From Malacoraja senta (Eukaryota), in contig JAXLNO010005255.1 of the NCBI GenBank assembly GCA_038087875.1, positions 62,001 to 126,000 of the forward strand: 64,000 bases of DNA. Direction: 5' to 3'. Each line of letters begins with the position of its first letter. The first letter of the stretch is position 1. The position numbers and the translations under genes are program-made. Positions 12,358 to 23,800 of the stretch are shown here, piece after piece. The notes below the pieces were generated by a model. That model saw only the letters and a program-made list of their open reading frames with translations. It did not search any database and had not been told where the DNA came from.

Positions 12358-13559
12358 GACAATAAAACAATATTGACTCTTGAATGTATATAAAGTATCT
12401 TTGGATTCTTTGCCAGAGTTGACACCAAAATTGATAAGTATATTAGGTAATGATAATTGTTGTCTAAGATTACAAAATAATGTTGATCAACCGGAAAGGT
12501 ATGGAGGTGAGGGGATGGGAGGTGAGGGGGTGTGGGGAAGGAATGCCAGTTGAAATCTAACTCAAACAAGTGTGATTTGATGCCTTTTGGGAATTCAAAT
12601 CATGACTGGCCAAATCTATTGCAGGATTGTAAATGGAGCTGTACCTTGGTGTACAATTACATAGTTCCCTGAGAATGGCATCATAGTTTGATCGGGTAGT
12701 GAAGGGAATATATGTCTGAAGAATCGCCTCGACCCAAAACGTCACCCATTCCTTCTCTCCAGAAATATTGCCGCTGAGTCTCTCTAGCTTTTTGTGTCTA
12801 TCTTCGGTTTAAATTAGCATCTGCTGTTCATCCCTACACAGAGTATATGTTATGCCTTGTTTCCTCAGCCATGGTACTGAGGACTAGGGTTGGGGTGTCG
12901 TGTTACAGTTGTACAGAATGTTGAACAGGCAACCATTAATCTGTCCAGGGGCTCAGCTGATTTGTTGCACAATAGACTCTAATCCAAGGTCTGAACTCTG
13001 AAAAGAAAATCAAGAAATTCAAGTTGCCACTCATCCAGGGACTGAATAACAAAACAATCTTTGTTTTGCTTATCTGGCTTGAGAACTCTTAACATTGATC
13101 TATTTTCCTTCATAGTGTACTCCCTTTATAAAATGGCCATCCCCAGACATCTATCCTGTGTCCACACTGTTTTCCAAGGGCACCTCACCTATTTTCAGCT
13201 CTGCTCTTAACAAGGATCAATCACATTATCCCTCTCTATCTCCCTATATCTCTCTATATCTCTCTCCATCTATTTATCTCTCCATCTCTCATCCCTCAGC
13301 TCTATCTCTCTTTCCTTCATCTCTTTCATTTCTGCAAATTGAAATAATTAATCAGTCTGAGAGCACTGTGTGTGACTGAATGACATCAGAGCATCAGTCC
13401 CTGAGGCATACCACTGGTCACAGGCTTCCTATGTAAAAAAAAACAACCCTGCACTACCATTCTCTGACTCCTGCCACCAAGCCAACTTTGTGTCCAATTG
13501 ACTAGCTCACCCTGTTTTCCAACCTAATGGACCAGCCACCCATGTGGGGCCATGCTGAA

Positions 13560-13872
13560 GGATGGCATGGTGGCATAGTCGTAAGGCTACTGCTTTACAG
13601 TGCCAGAGACCTGGGTTCAATCCTGACTACAAGTGCTTTTCTAAATGGAGTTTGTACGTTCTCCCCGTGACCTGCGTAGGTTTTCTCCAAGATCTTCGGT
13701 TTCCTCCCACACTTCAAAGACGTACAGGTTTGTACGTTAATTGGCTTGGTATAAAAGGTTAAATTACCCCTAGTGTGTGTAGGGTAGTGTTAAAATGTGG
13801 GGATCGCTGGTCGGTGCAGGCCCGGTGGGCTGTTGGGTCTGTTTCCTCACTGTATCTCTAAACTAAACTAAA
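13560..13872 (+). mobile_element. tRNA-derived SINE (HE1/V-SINE-like); representative of ~20 copies, e.g. 14470-14790(-), 18750-19035(+), 28550-28860(+), 34095-34385(+), 35780-36130(-), 42895-43210(-), 45110-45405(+), 46960-47160(+), 53005-53200(+), 63160-63450(-)
   Basis: Pol III A/B-box-like head (tggtggcatagtcg...gggttcaatcc), central tcggtttcctcccac motif, CR1-like tail gggcc(g/t)aagggcctgtttcc and (CTAAA)n end, recurring across the window. Confidence 0.85.
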
Positions 13873-14115
13873 CATAGACAACATCTGTCATCCAATCACA
13901 CACTGGGCAATTTACAAAATTCAATTAACCAACCAACTCGCATGTCTTTGAGATATAGGAGGAACGGAGCATTTGGTGGAAATCCACGTGTCATAGGGAG
14001 AACAAGAAAATGATACACGTTGTACCCGAGATCAGGATTGAATCCAAGTTGCTGTAGCAGAGGGGCACCAATTCTGCCAGTTGCCTCAATGTACTGCCTT
14101 TTAAAAAGAAAATTC

Positions 14116-14432
14116 AAAGCCTGTCCCAATGTACGAGGTAATTCAAGAGCTCTCCCGAGTTTAAAAAAAAATCAAACTCGTGGTAAGCACGTAGATGGTA
14201 CGTAGCTGGTACGTCGGAGCTCGGGACATCTCCTAGCGGCTCGTAACGCTAACGGCAGGTACTCGGGAAACGCGGTAAGCTCGTGAAGACTCGTGAAGAT
14301 TTTTCAACATGTTGAAAAAAGTCCACGAGAGCCCCAAGTACCTACGAGCGGCTATTACCGTAATTCTCCGAGTTCGAATCAGGGGAAACTCGGGAGAACT
14401 CTTGAATTAGCTCGTACAGTGGGACAGGGCCT
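14116..14432. mobile_element. Harbinger-type MITE with ~45-bp TIRs
   Basis: Left agcctgtcccaatgtacgaggtaattcaagagctctcccgag matches the reverse complement of the right end (aggccctgtcccactgtacgagctaattcaagagttctcccgag). The right end is followed by TTA. Confidence 0.8.
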
Positions 14433-15194
14433 TTAAGCTGTGTCTGCGTTGTCCATGCACACACTCTCAGGGCAGAATTAGTTTAGTTTAGTTTAGAGAT
14501 ACAGCATGGAAACAGGCCTTTCGGCCTACCAAATTTGCGAAGACCAATGATCCCTTTACATTGGCACTTTCCTACACACACTAGGTACAAATTACAATTT
14601 ACAAACCAATTAACCTACAAACCTGTACGTCTTTGGAGTGTGGGAGGAAACTGGAGCACCCGGAGAAAACCCATGCGTTCACCCAACATACAAACTCCGT
14701 GTGGACCGCACCCATAGTCAGGATCGAACCCTGGTGTCTGGTGCTATAAGGCAGCAACTCTACCGCTGCGCCACCCTGCCGCCCCTAAGTATAGATATAG
14801 GGAAAGATACAGCAGCCTGAAAACCGTGACAACCAGATTCAAGAATAGTCTCTTCTCAGCAATCATCAGGCTCTTCAACACCACACAAAACTAACTTCAG
14901 CATCTATGATCATCTACGGACTGTCTTTGAATGTAATATGAATTTAGTTTTTTGCACTATTATGATAGTCCAGTATTACAGTTATTAATTTATTGTTATA
15001 TTGATTGTTTTATATTATCTCTGTGTTATTGCAGTTACATGCAGGTGAAGCTGCAGCAAGTCAGAATTTTGTTGTTCTATTGTTGATACATAAGACAATT
15101 AAACAACTCTTACCTCGCATTTGATTTTGGGTAAAGCTCACTCCATATTACCCCCACCATACACTCAGGAAAAGTACAAGGAACAAGTACATGT

Positions 15195-16230
15195 TTAAGA
15201 AAGAACTGCAGATGCTGGAAAAATCCAAGGTAGACAAAAATGCTGGAGAAACTCAGCAGTGAGGCAGCATCTATGGAGCAAAGGAATAGGTGACGTTTTG
15301 GGTCGAGACCCTTCTTCAGACTGATATGGGGGTGTGGGGCGGGAAGAAGAAAGGAAGAGGTGGAAATAGTAGGCTGTGGGAGAGCTTCGAAGGGGAGGGG
15401 AAGGAGGGAGAAAGCAAAGACTACCTGAAAATGGAGGTCAATGTTCATACCGCTGGGGTGTAAACTACCCAAGCGAAAAATGATATGCTGCTCCTCCAAT
15501 TTGCGGAGGGTCTTACTCTGGCCGTGGAGGAGACCCAGGACAGAAAGGTCGGATTCTGAATGGGAGGGGGAGTTGAAGTGCTGAGCCACTGGGAGATCAG
15601 GTTGGTTAATGCGGACTGAGCGGAGGTGTTGGGCGAAGCGATCGCCAATCCTGCGCTTGGTCTCACCGATGTAGAGCAGTTGACACCTAGAGCAGCGGAT
15701 GCAATAGATGAGGTTGGAGGAAGGGCAGGTGAACTTCTGCCTCACTTGGAAAGACTGCTTAGGCCCTTGGATGGAGTCAAGGTGGGAGATAAAGCGACAA
15801 GTGTAGCATTTCCTGCGGTTGCAAGTGAAAGTGCCAGGGGAGGGGAAGGTTAAGGAACGGGGCTTCTTCTCTTCGACTGTAGATGAGGCTCTCAGCAGGG
15901 TCTCTTCTATATCTCGTTGCTCCGCTCTCACTCCCCATCCCCCCACTCGTGACAAGTCCCCCTTGTCCTCACATTACACCCTACCAGCCGTCACATACAA
16001 CAGATAATCCTCCGACATATTCGCCACCTCCAACGGGATCCCATCACTGGCCACATCTTCTCATCTTCTCCCCTTTCAGCTTTCTGAAGAGACTGCACCC
16101 TCTGTAACTCCCTGGTCAATTTGTCCCTTCCCACCCAAACCACTCCCTCCCCTGGTACTTTCCCTTGCAACTGCAGGAAATGCTACACTTGTCGCTTTAC
16201 CTCCCCCCTTAACTCCATCCAAGGACCTAG
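15195..16230 (-). mobile_element. Penelope-like element 3' fragment (GIY-YIG endonuclease) with an adjoining inverted segment (15870-16230, +)
   Basis: CNRRKCYTC...FTCPSSNLIYCIRCSRCQLLYIGETKRRIGDRFAQH...PVAQHFN...RKLEEQHIIFRLGSLHPSGMN (Cys motif plus GIY-YIG). Confidence 0.92.
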
Positions 16231-17019
16231 GCATGCCATGCTATCCAAACAGATTGGATATACCATACAGAGATATAATCAATTAAAAGGGGAATAATAT
16301 CATGCAGCATAACGATCTCAGCATTGTAGCGCATCAGTTCCAGTGAGAAACACCAATGATCTCGGTGGATAGAGGTAAATCATACTTACCATAACCTACA
16401 GAAAAACTGTTCAGTAGCCAGATAACAGAGGGGAAGAAGCTGTCGCTGAGGCTGGTGGTACGTGCCTTCAATCTTCTGCACCTTCTGCCAAACGGGAGCC
16501 AAACTTATCCATGCCTTTCATAATTTTACATACTTCTATCAGGGCTCCCCTCAACTAATTGGAGCAGGGAACCAATGTAAGGACAGTTTTGGCAATGATA
16601 CAAAAATAGATGAAATGGCACGGTTTAATGAGGAAAGTATGATTTTACAACAGGATATAGATAGCTTGAGTGATTAGTCAAAACCTGGCTAATGTGTTTA
16701 ATGTGGGAAACTGTGAGGTCATGCTGAAGATAGACACAAAATGCTGGAATAACTCAGCGGGACAGGCAGCATCTCTAGATAGAAGGAATGGGTGACGTTT
16801 CAGGTCGAGACCCATTTTCGGACTGTAGAACTCTCGTTGGAGAGAGGAGAACTTCTTCAAAGTAGGCATACCTTGAGGAGATTTCTCAGTGGAGCAGCCA
16901 AATTGTGTAGGAAGGAACTGCAAATGCTGCTTCACACTGAAGGTAGACACAAAATGCTGGAGTAACTTAGCAGGACAAGCAGCATCTCTAGGTAGAATTG
17001 GTGATGTTTCGAGTCATGC

Positions 17020-17560
17020 TCTTTGGCATAAGGAATCAAGTCAGCTTGCCCCAATCAGTATCAATGGTGCCAAAGTAGAAATGGTTGAGAGCTTAAAATT
17101 CTTTGGTGTAAATATTACCAACGAACCTTGATGGACCAACCACATTGAAGGGACAGCCAAGAAGGCACACCAATGCCTCCATTTCCTCAGACGACTGAGG
17201 AAATTTGGTATGTGTCCAATGACTCTTACCAACTTCCATAGATGCACCATAGAAAGCATACTATCAGGTTACATCACAGCTTGTTTTCAGAATAGCTTTG
17301 CCCAAGACCACAAGATATTGCAGAGAGGTGTAGATGTAGCACAGTCCATCACACAGACCAGACTGCCCATCATTGTCTCCATTTACACTTCCTGCCTCTT
17401 CAGGAAGACAGCCAACATAGTCAAAGACCTTTCTCACACTAGTGATTCCTTTTTTCTCCACTTCCATCAGGCAGAAGATGCAGAGCTTAAAGGTGTAGAG
17501 CACCAGACACAGGAACAGCTTCTTCTCCTCTGTTATCAGGCTTTTGAATGTTCCATGTGC
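17020..17560 (+). mobile_element. Rex1/Babar-clade LINE 3' fragment
   Basis: EMVESLKFFGVNIT...TAKKAHQCLHFLRRLRKFGMCPMTLTNFHRCTIESILSGYITACF. Confidence 0.8.
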
Positions 17561-20500
17561 TAGGACCCATTCCCAATTCTCCTTTACCTCAATATGGCCA
17601 TTGGATTTTGTCTCTGGAACTGTTGTACAATAATGTTGAGAGCTATATTCTTCACTCTGTATCTTATCCTTCAATCTGCCTATTGTACTTGCGTTTGGCT
17701 TGATAGTATTTATGTATACAACAGCAAACACAATGCTTTTCACCGTACCTTGGTACACATCACAATAACAAACCTCAAGCTAAACCTTAAATGGTGGATT
17801 CTTGTCTAAATGGAGAGAGACTGTAACTGAGTGAAGTTCAGATGGGATCTTGGTATTCAAGTGCATGCATCAAATTAAGTTAGTAGCAGGCCCAGTAACC
17901 AATGGAAAAAATGCAGTCTTTACTGCAAAGGGGATGGAATTTAAGAACAGGGAAGTTATATTGGAATTATGCAGGATGATAGTGAGTCAATAACTGGAAA
18001 ACCGCACACAGTTTAACATTAAATAGGGTATAGGAGCATTGGATGCAGACCAGGTGAAATTCACCAAACTAAGTCAAGAGATGAAAAGGTTGTCCCATCA
18101 AGAGCGGTAAACACTTTAGGTCTGCATTCCTTGGAGTGTAGAAAGTGATGAGTGACCTTATTCACACATGCAATATCTTAAGGGGCTTTTCATGATAGAT
18201 GTTGAGATGTTTCACTGGTGGGAAAGTCTAAAAACAATGGGAAACAACTACAGAATAAGGGACCAGTTGTTTAAAAGTGAGGTACATAAAAATTACTTCT
18301 TTCAGAACGGTGTGAATCGCTGGAATTCTGTGCCCAGAGGTGGTGGTGGCTAAGGCATTAGATATGCTTATGAACAGATAGAGAAATCTTTGAAAGATTC
18401 AGGCAATTGACGGTTTTGGGGTAAAGGAACAGAGGAGTAGTCCACTTCTGCTATTTTTACTTGTGTTGTGGACGATTACCCTCATGAATAAAGTTAGAAC
18501 TTGCAACCAACATTTCAATCAGAGGGGCACAGCAGTGGAGTTACTTCCTTGCAGTACCTGTGACTCCGGTTTGATCCTGACTAAGGGTGCTGTCTGTACC
18601 AACTTTGTATGTTCTCTCTGTGACTGCATGGGTTTTCCCTGGTGCTTTCGTTTCCTCCCAGTTCCAAAGACCTGCAGGTTTATAGGTTAATTGGCATCTG
18701 TAAATTGTCCTATGTGTATAGGATAGAACTGTGTAGGCAGCATGGTGACGCAAAGGGGTGGCACGGAGTAGCAGCGGTAGAGTTGCTACAGTGGCAGAGA
18801 CCCAGGTTTGATCTTGACCATGGGTGCTGTATGTATGGATTTTTTACGTTCTCCCTGTGACCTGTGTGGGTTTTCTCTGGGGCTTCCAGCTTCCTCCCAC
18901 ACTCCAAAGACATGCAGGTTTGCAGGTTAATTGCCCCAGGTGTGTGTAGGATAGTGTTAGTGTGGGGGGATCACTGGTCAGCACAGACTCAGTGGGCCTA
19001 AGGGCCTGTTTCAAGGCTGTACCTCTAAACCAAACTAATCTAAGGAGCTGAGGCCAACTGAACAGTGATCATTTTATTGAATGGTGGGACAAGTTTGGTG
19101 ACTATTCTCAGGGGCTGATAGCCTACTACTGTTCTATTTCCTCCTGTTCTTGATAGTTCCCCTCATGGAGGAAACTAGACCTTGGAGGCCAAGGTTTCAA
19201 ACTGAGGAGAAAATTGTTTTATTTTTCTCCCAGATGATAACGAATCATGGGAATTTTCAACTGCAGAGTGTAGATTCATTACGTTACTGAGAAGGATGGA
19301 TTTGTTTCTTTGGGAAGTTGTTGGTTACTGGCTACAGACTCTTCTGGTCATGAGTAGATCAGTCATGACCTAATTGAGCTGCAGAACAGACTTTACTCAT
19401 GGCCAACAAGTACTTCATTTTTCTTGTGATCTCTACAATTACCCACTACAATCATTGCACTCTTACTTGTTTATGATTGCACTCATGTATGGTGTATTAT
19501 GACTGGATAGCATGCAAAACATGGTATTTCACCATATTTTTTGTACACATTACAATAATAAACTCAACTTTAGGGAGAAGGGAGCAGAATAATGTGGCCT
19601 CTATCAGTGGTTGAGTAATATGGACTAAAACATTGGTTTGGACTAATTCTGCCAGTGGCTTGTGGGCCTATTCCTGCTTCTCCTTTCTTGTGTTCATGTA
19701 TTTGATGTCTCTTGCTTACTGTGGTCACTGCTGTGAGTTATAACTCCAGTAACATAAGCAAATTAGTTCAGCACTATCCGAGCAAAATTAAAAGCATTTT
19801 TAAAAATGCAGACTTAAATCTGATGTAGTGAGGGAGAAACACAGACATCTTTGGGTTGATTGAAATGATTTTGGTTAAGAGCTGAAAATTAAAATGAATA
19901 GAAATTAACATTTTGACATTAGACTTCAGAGGTACATCATGGAAGCAGGCCCTTCGGCCCACCGAGTCCTCGCTAACTCCCCGTACAATAGTACTATACC
20001 ACGACAGGTGACAATTTACAATTTTACCAAAGCAAATTAACCTAAAAACCTGTACTTCTTTGAGATGTGGGAGGAAACTGGAGCACCCAGAGAAAAACAA
20101 TGCAGTCACGCATGGAGATGCAGGGAGAATGTACAAACACCGTACAGACAGCACCGTTAGTCAGAATCGACCTGAGTCTCTGCTGCTATAGGCAGCAACT
20201 CTACCGTTGCAACACTGAGGATATCTTGAATTACAAAAGCAATATTTTGGGCTCATCACCAACCATACCAGCACCTGCATTCTTTATATGGTACATTGAT
20301 ATGGAGTTTATTGCATTGAAACAGGCCCACAAGCCTGCCCTGTTGTTCAATACAATCCCTCAGTCATTCCTGATCTGGTTTGATTAGGATGCAAATAAAA
20401 GCTTTTCACTATATCACAATACAAGTGACAATAATAAACCAATACCAATGCTATTGTGTAAGTTCTCCCCATATCGGATATAGATCCTTGATAAATTTGT

Positions 20501-20830
20501 AGACACCATCGCCGTCTATATCCACCACCATTTGCTCCACAGTTTCAATGTCCAAACTAGCTTCCAATATAACTGTTTTACAGAATTCCATTTTGAGTTG
20601 AAAGATACAACATGGAAACAGGCCCTTCAGCCCACCATGCTGACCACCGGTCACCCCTTCATACTAGTTCAATGTTAGCCCACTTTTTTGTCCAATCCCC
20701 ACACACACTAGGGGAAATTTACAGATGTCAATTAACTGACAAACCCACACACCTGTGGAATGTGGGAGAAAACCAGAGCACCCGGGAAGAACCCAGGTGG
20801 TCACAGGAAGAAGGAACAAAATCTATACAG

Positions 20831-21038
20831 TAGCTAGACAAAAATGCTGGAGAAACCCAGGGGGTGAGGCAGCATCTATGGAGCGAAGGAATAGTTTTGG
20901 GTCAAGACCCTTCTTGGAGGGTTTCGACCAGAAACGTCGCCTATTCCTTTGCTCCATAGATGCTGCCTCACCCGCTGAGTTTCTCCAGCATTTTTGTCTA
21001 CCTTCGATTTTTCCAGCATCTGCAGTTCTTTCTTAAAG
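20831..21038. mobile_element. Foldback mini-element made of two inverted Penelope 3' ends, inserted into a SINE with a 13-bp TSD-like repeat
   Basis: Arms agacaaaaatgctggagaaac...ggagcgaaggaatag and ctattccttt...ccagcatttttgtct are inverted. Flanks are aaaatctatacag (20818-20830) and aaaatctacacag (21039-21051). The SINE sequence resumes after the second repeat. Confidence 0.75.
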
Positions 21039-21599
21039 AAAATCTACACAGACAATACCAGAGGTCAGGATCTAACGCTGGTCTCTGGTGCTGTGAGGCA
21101 GCAGCTCTACCTGCTGTGTACAGTGTTTGGTTTCCTCCTTTTTGTTCTGCATTGTAATGATTCAAGTCAGGATAGGCATTGGATTTATGGGTCTCCTGAA
21201 TGGTAACATAAGGAGCAGTTAGCAGCATAAGAATGGAGTTATCTGAAACGTAATTACAGTTCCAGGCAACTACGCCCTGCCTTTCCATTCCATTTGCTAT
21301 AGAGTGCGATAAAACCAAAGTGCTGGAGTAACTCAGCAGGTCGGGCAACATCTCTGGAGGACATTGACAGGCGCTGTTTCAGATTGGGACCCTACTTCAG
21401 ACTGACAATAGTCACCTATCCTTTTTCTCCAAAGATGCTGCTCGACCCGTTGAGTTACTCCAGCGCTTTGTGTCTATCGTCACCTATCTATGCCCTCCGG
21501 AGTTGCCACCTGACCTGTTGAGTTACACCAGCACTTTGGGTCTTTTGTTGTTGTAAATCAGCATCAGCACCTCCTCATGTCTCCATTACAGTCAATTGT

Positions 21600-21930
21600 T
21601 TCCTGCTGGTTCAATGACATCGCTCGACAACTGGTGTCGACCCGTGGTATTTTGATTCTGATTGCATGATGAGATCCTGCTTTGATGTTGGTGAAGTTTG
21701 GCTCAGTTGCTGCTGTTGATGCGAGAGGTTGTGCGTGAAATGATTCTGTTCATCTTGTTGAGTTTCTTCCGCGTACAAGGGGCTCAAGCAGGTAAGTTAA
21801 TGATTCTCATTTTATTCGCTACTGGCTAAAAGCGTCTTGGCTTTATCTCAATCTTGACCGGAGGCGACTGAGTTTAAACAAGCGCGCAATACACATTCAG
21901 TCTGGTTCATGGTTCATGCGGACGGACGTT
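21600..21930 (+). promoter_or_regulatory. Putative promoter / CpG-enriched first-exon region of the MHC class I-like gene
   Basis: Non-repetitive and locally CpG-enriched (cgctcgac, gtcgacccg, gcgcgc, gcggacggacg) in an otherwise CpG-poor window. It surrounds the leader exon. Confidence 0.5.
21740..21791 (+). CDS. MHC class I-like gene, exon 1 (signal peptide MILFILLSFFRVQGAQA)
   Basis: ATG at 21740, hydrophobic core, A-Q-A cleavage motif, consensus donor G|GTAAGT. The phase-1 G joins GG at 45774 to give Gly1 of GPHTLIYYY. Confidence 0.8.
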
Positions 21931-22079
21931 AAAAGGGTTTAATCTCCACTGTTTCAGTACAATCCAGACTGGAATTTCTGCTTTGATTTGCACAATGCCC
22001 CGTTTCCTTTGTGGAAGAAGGAACTACAGATATTGGTTTAAACTGATTTTAACTCGTGTAAAACAAACAGGAGCGAGGC

Positions 22080-22990
22080 ATTCACTAGGGTTTCCTCGCT
22101 GCTCCGCTCTTGCTCTCCCTTCCCCCCACATTCGTAACAAGGACAGAGTCCCCCTTGTCCTCACCTTCCACCCCATCAGCCGTCGCACAGCATATGATCC
22201 TCCATCATTTTTTGCCACCTCCAACAGGATCCCAATACTGGCCACATCTTCCCATCTCCACCTCTTTCTGCTTTCCGTGGAGACCATTCCCTCCGAAATT
22301 CCCTGGTCAACTCGTCCTTTTCCACCCAAACCACCCCCTCCCCAGGTACTTTCCCCTGCAACCGCAGGAGATGCAACACGTGTCCCTTTCCCTCCCTTCT
22401 CGACTCCATCCAAGGACCCAAACAGTCTTTCCAGGTGAGGCAGAGGTTCACTTGCACCTCCTCCAACCTCATCTACTGTATCCGCAGTTGCAGGTGTCAA
22501 CTTCTCTACATCAGTGAGGCCAAGCACAGGCTCGGCAATCATTTCACTGAACTACTCCGCTCTGTCCATCTTAACCTACCTGATCTCCTGGTTGCTCAGC
22601 ACTTCAACTTCCCCTCCCATTCACAATCTGACCTTTCTGTCCTGGGCCTCCTCCATTGTCAGGGTGAGGCCCAGTGCAAATTGGAGGAATAGCACCTCAT
22701 ATTTCACTTGGGTAGTTTACACCCCAGCGGTATGAACATTGACTTCTCTAACTTTAAATTGCCCTTGCTTTCCCTCTCTATCCCCTCCCCCTTCCCAGTT
22801 CTTCCACTAGTCTTAGTGTCTTCAACTACATTCTATCTTTGTCCCGTCAACTCCCCTGACATCAGTCTGAAGAAGGGTCTCGACCCGATAGGTCGCCCAT
22901 TCCTTCTCTCCAGAGATGCTGCTGGCCTGCTGAGTTACTCCAGCATTTTGTGTCTACCTTCGAGTTAAACCAGCATCTGCAGTTCTATCC
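22080..22990 (+). mobile_element. Penelope-like element 3' fragment (GIY-YIG plus terminal repeat)
   Basis: NKDRVPLVLTFHP...RQRFTCTSSNLIYCIR...LYISEAKHRLG, followed by ctgaagaagggtctcgaccc and the common terminal block. Confidence 0.9.
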
Positions 22991-23219
22991 TACACAAAGT
23001 GCATTGTTTGACAGGTTCAAGTTTATGGCCAAATTCCTCGTATGTTGCAAAACATACTTGGCGAATAAAGTGTGATTCTGATTCTGATTGATCTGATTCT
23101 GAAATGTGGGAAGAGAGCGAGGCACTAGTACAATGCAAAATCATTAAAAGATTAGCACACACTGTGGATTTTGCTATTGACTGAGTGACAACTCTTAGCT
23201 CCAAACGTGCGGTCGTCAC

Positions 23220-23800
23220 GTTTATGTTGTTTAGTAGTGATGTGGCCAAGTTTGCAGATGATGCTAAAATAGGTGGAGGGGCAGGCAGTGTAGAGGATGC
23301 AAGGACTTTGCAGAAGGACTTGTTCGGGTTAGGAGAGTGGGCAGAGAAGTGGCAGATGAAATCCAGTATAGCAAAGTGTGGAGACATGCATTTTGGTAAT
23401 AAGAATAAAGGCGTAGATTATTTTACAAATGGAGAGAGAATCCAGAAATCGGAGGCACACAGTGACATGGGAGTGTTGGTGCAGGACTCCTAAAAGGTTA
23501 ATTTGCAAATTGAATCGGTAGTCAGGAAGGTGATTTATATCAAGAGGACTGGAATACAAAAACAGAAAATGCCGCCCGATTTGTAAGAGTGTCAAAGGTC
23601 ACAGGGAGATGACAGGAGAACGGCATTGAAAGGGAACGATAGGTGAGCCATGATTAAATTGTGGAGTAAACTCGATGGGCTGAACAACCAAATTCTGCAC
23701 CTTTGACTTATGAAGTGAGTCAAAGTTCAGAACATGAGGGATGATCTTTTTATTTCTCCCCAGACTGGTGTGTCTGGAACCAAAATTCACAGTTTAAAAA
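23220..23800 (+). mobile_element. Degenerate CR1 RT fragment
   Basis: VAKFADDAKIGG...LQKDLFGLGEWAEKWQMK. Confidence 0.8.

Noticed and set aside
13560-13640. tRNA-like sequences at SINE heads as tRNA genes
   Set aside because: They run directly into SINE bodies and tails, lack a complete cloverleaf and are degenerate.
21615-21665. Classical SXY (X2/Y box) module
   Set aside because: The Y box is imperfect (ctgattgc), the spacing is too long, and there is no clear X1 or S box. Not supportable as a feature.
21960-21985. NF-kB-like site (tggaatttct) in intron 1
   Set aside because: An imperfect match to a short motif; likely by chance.
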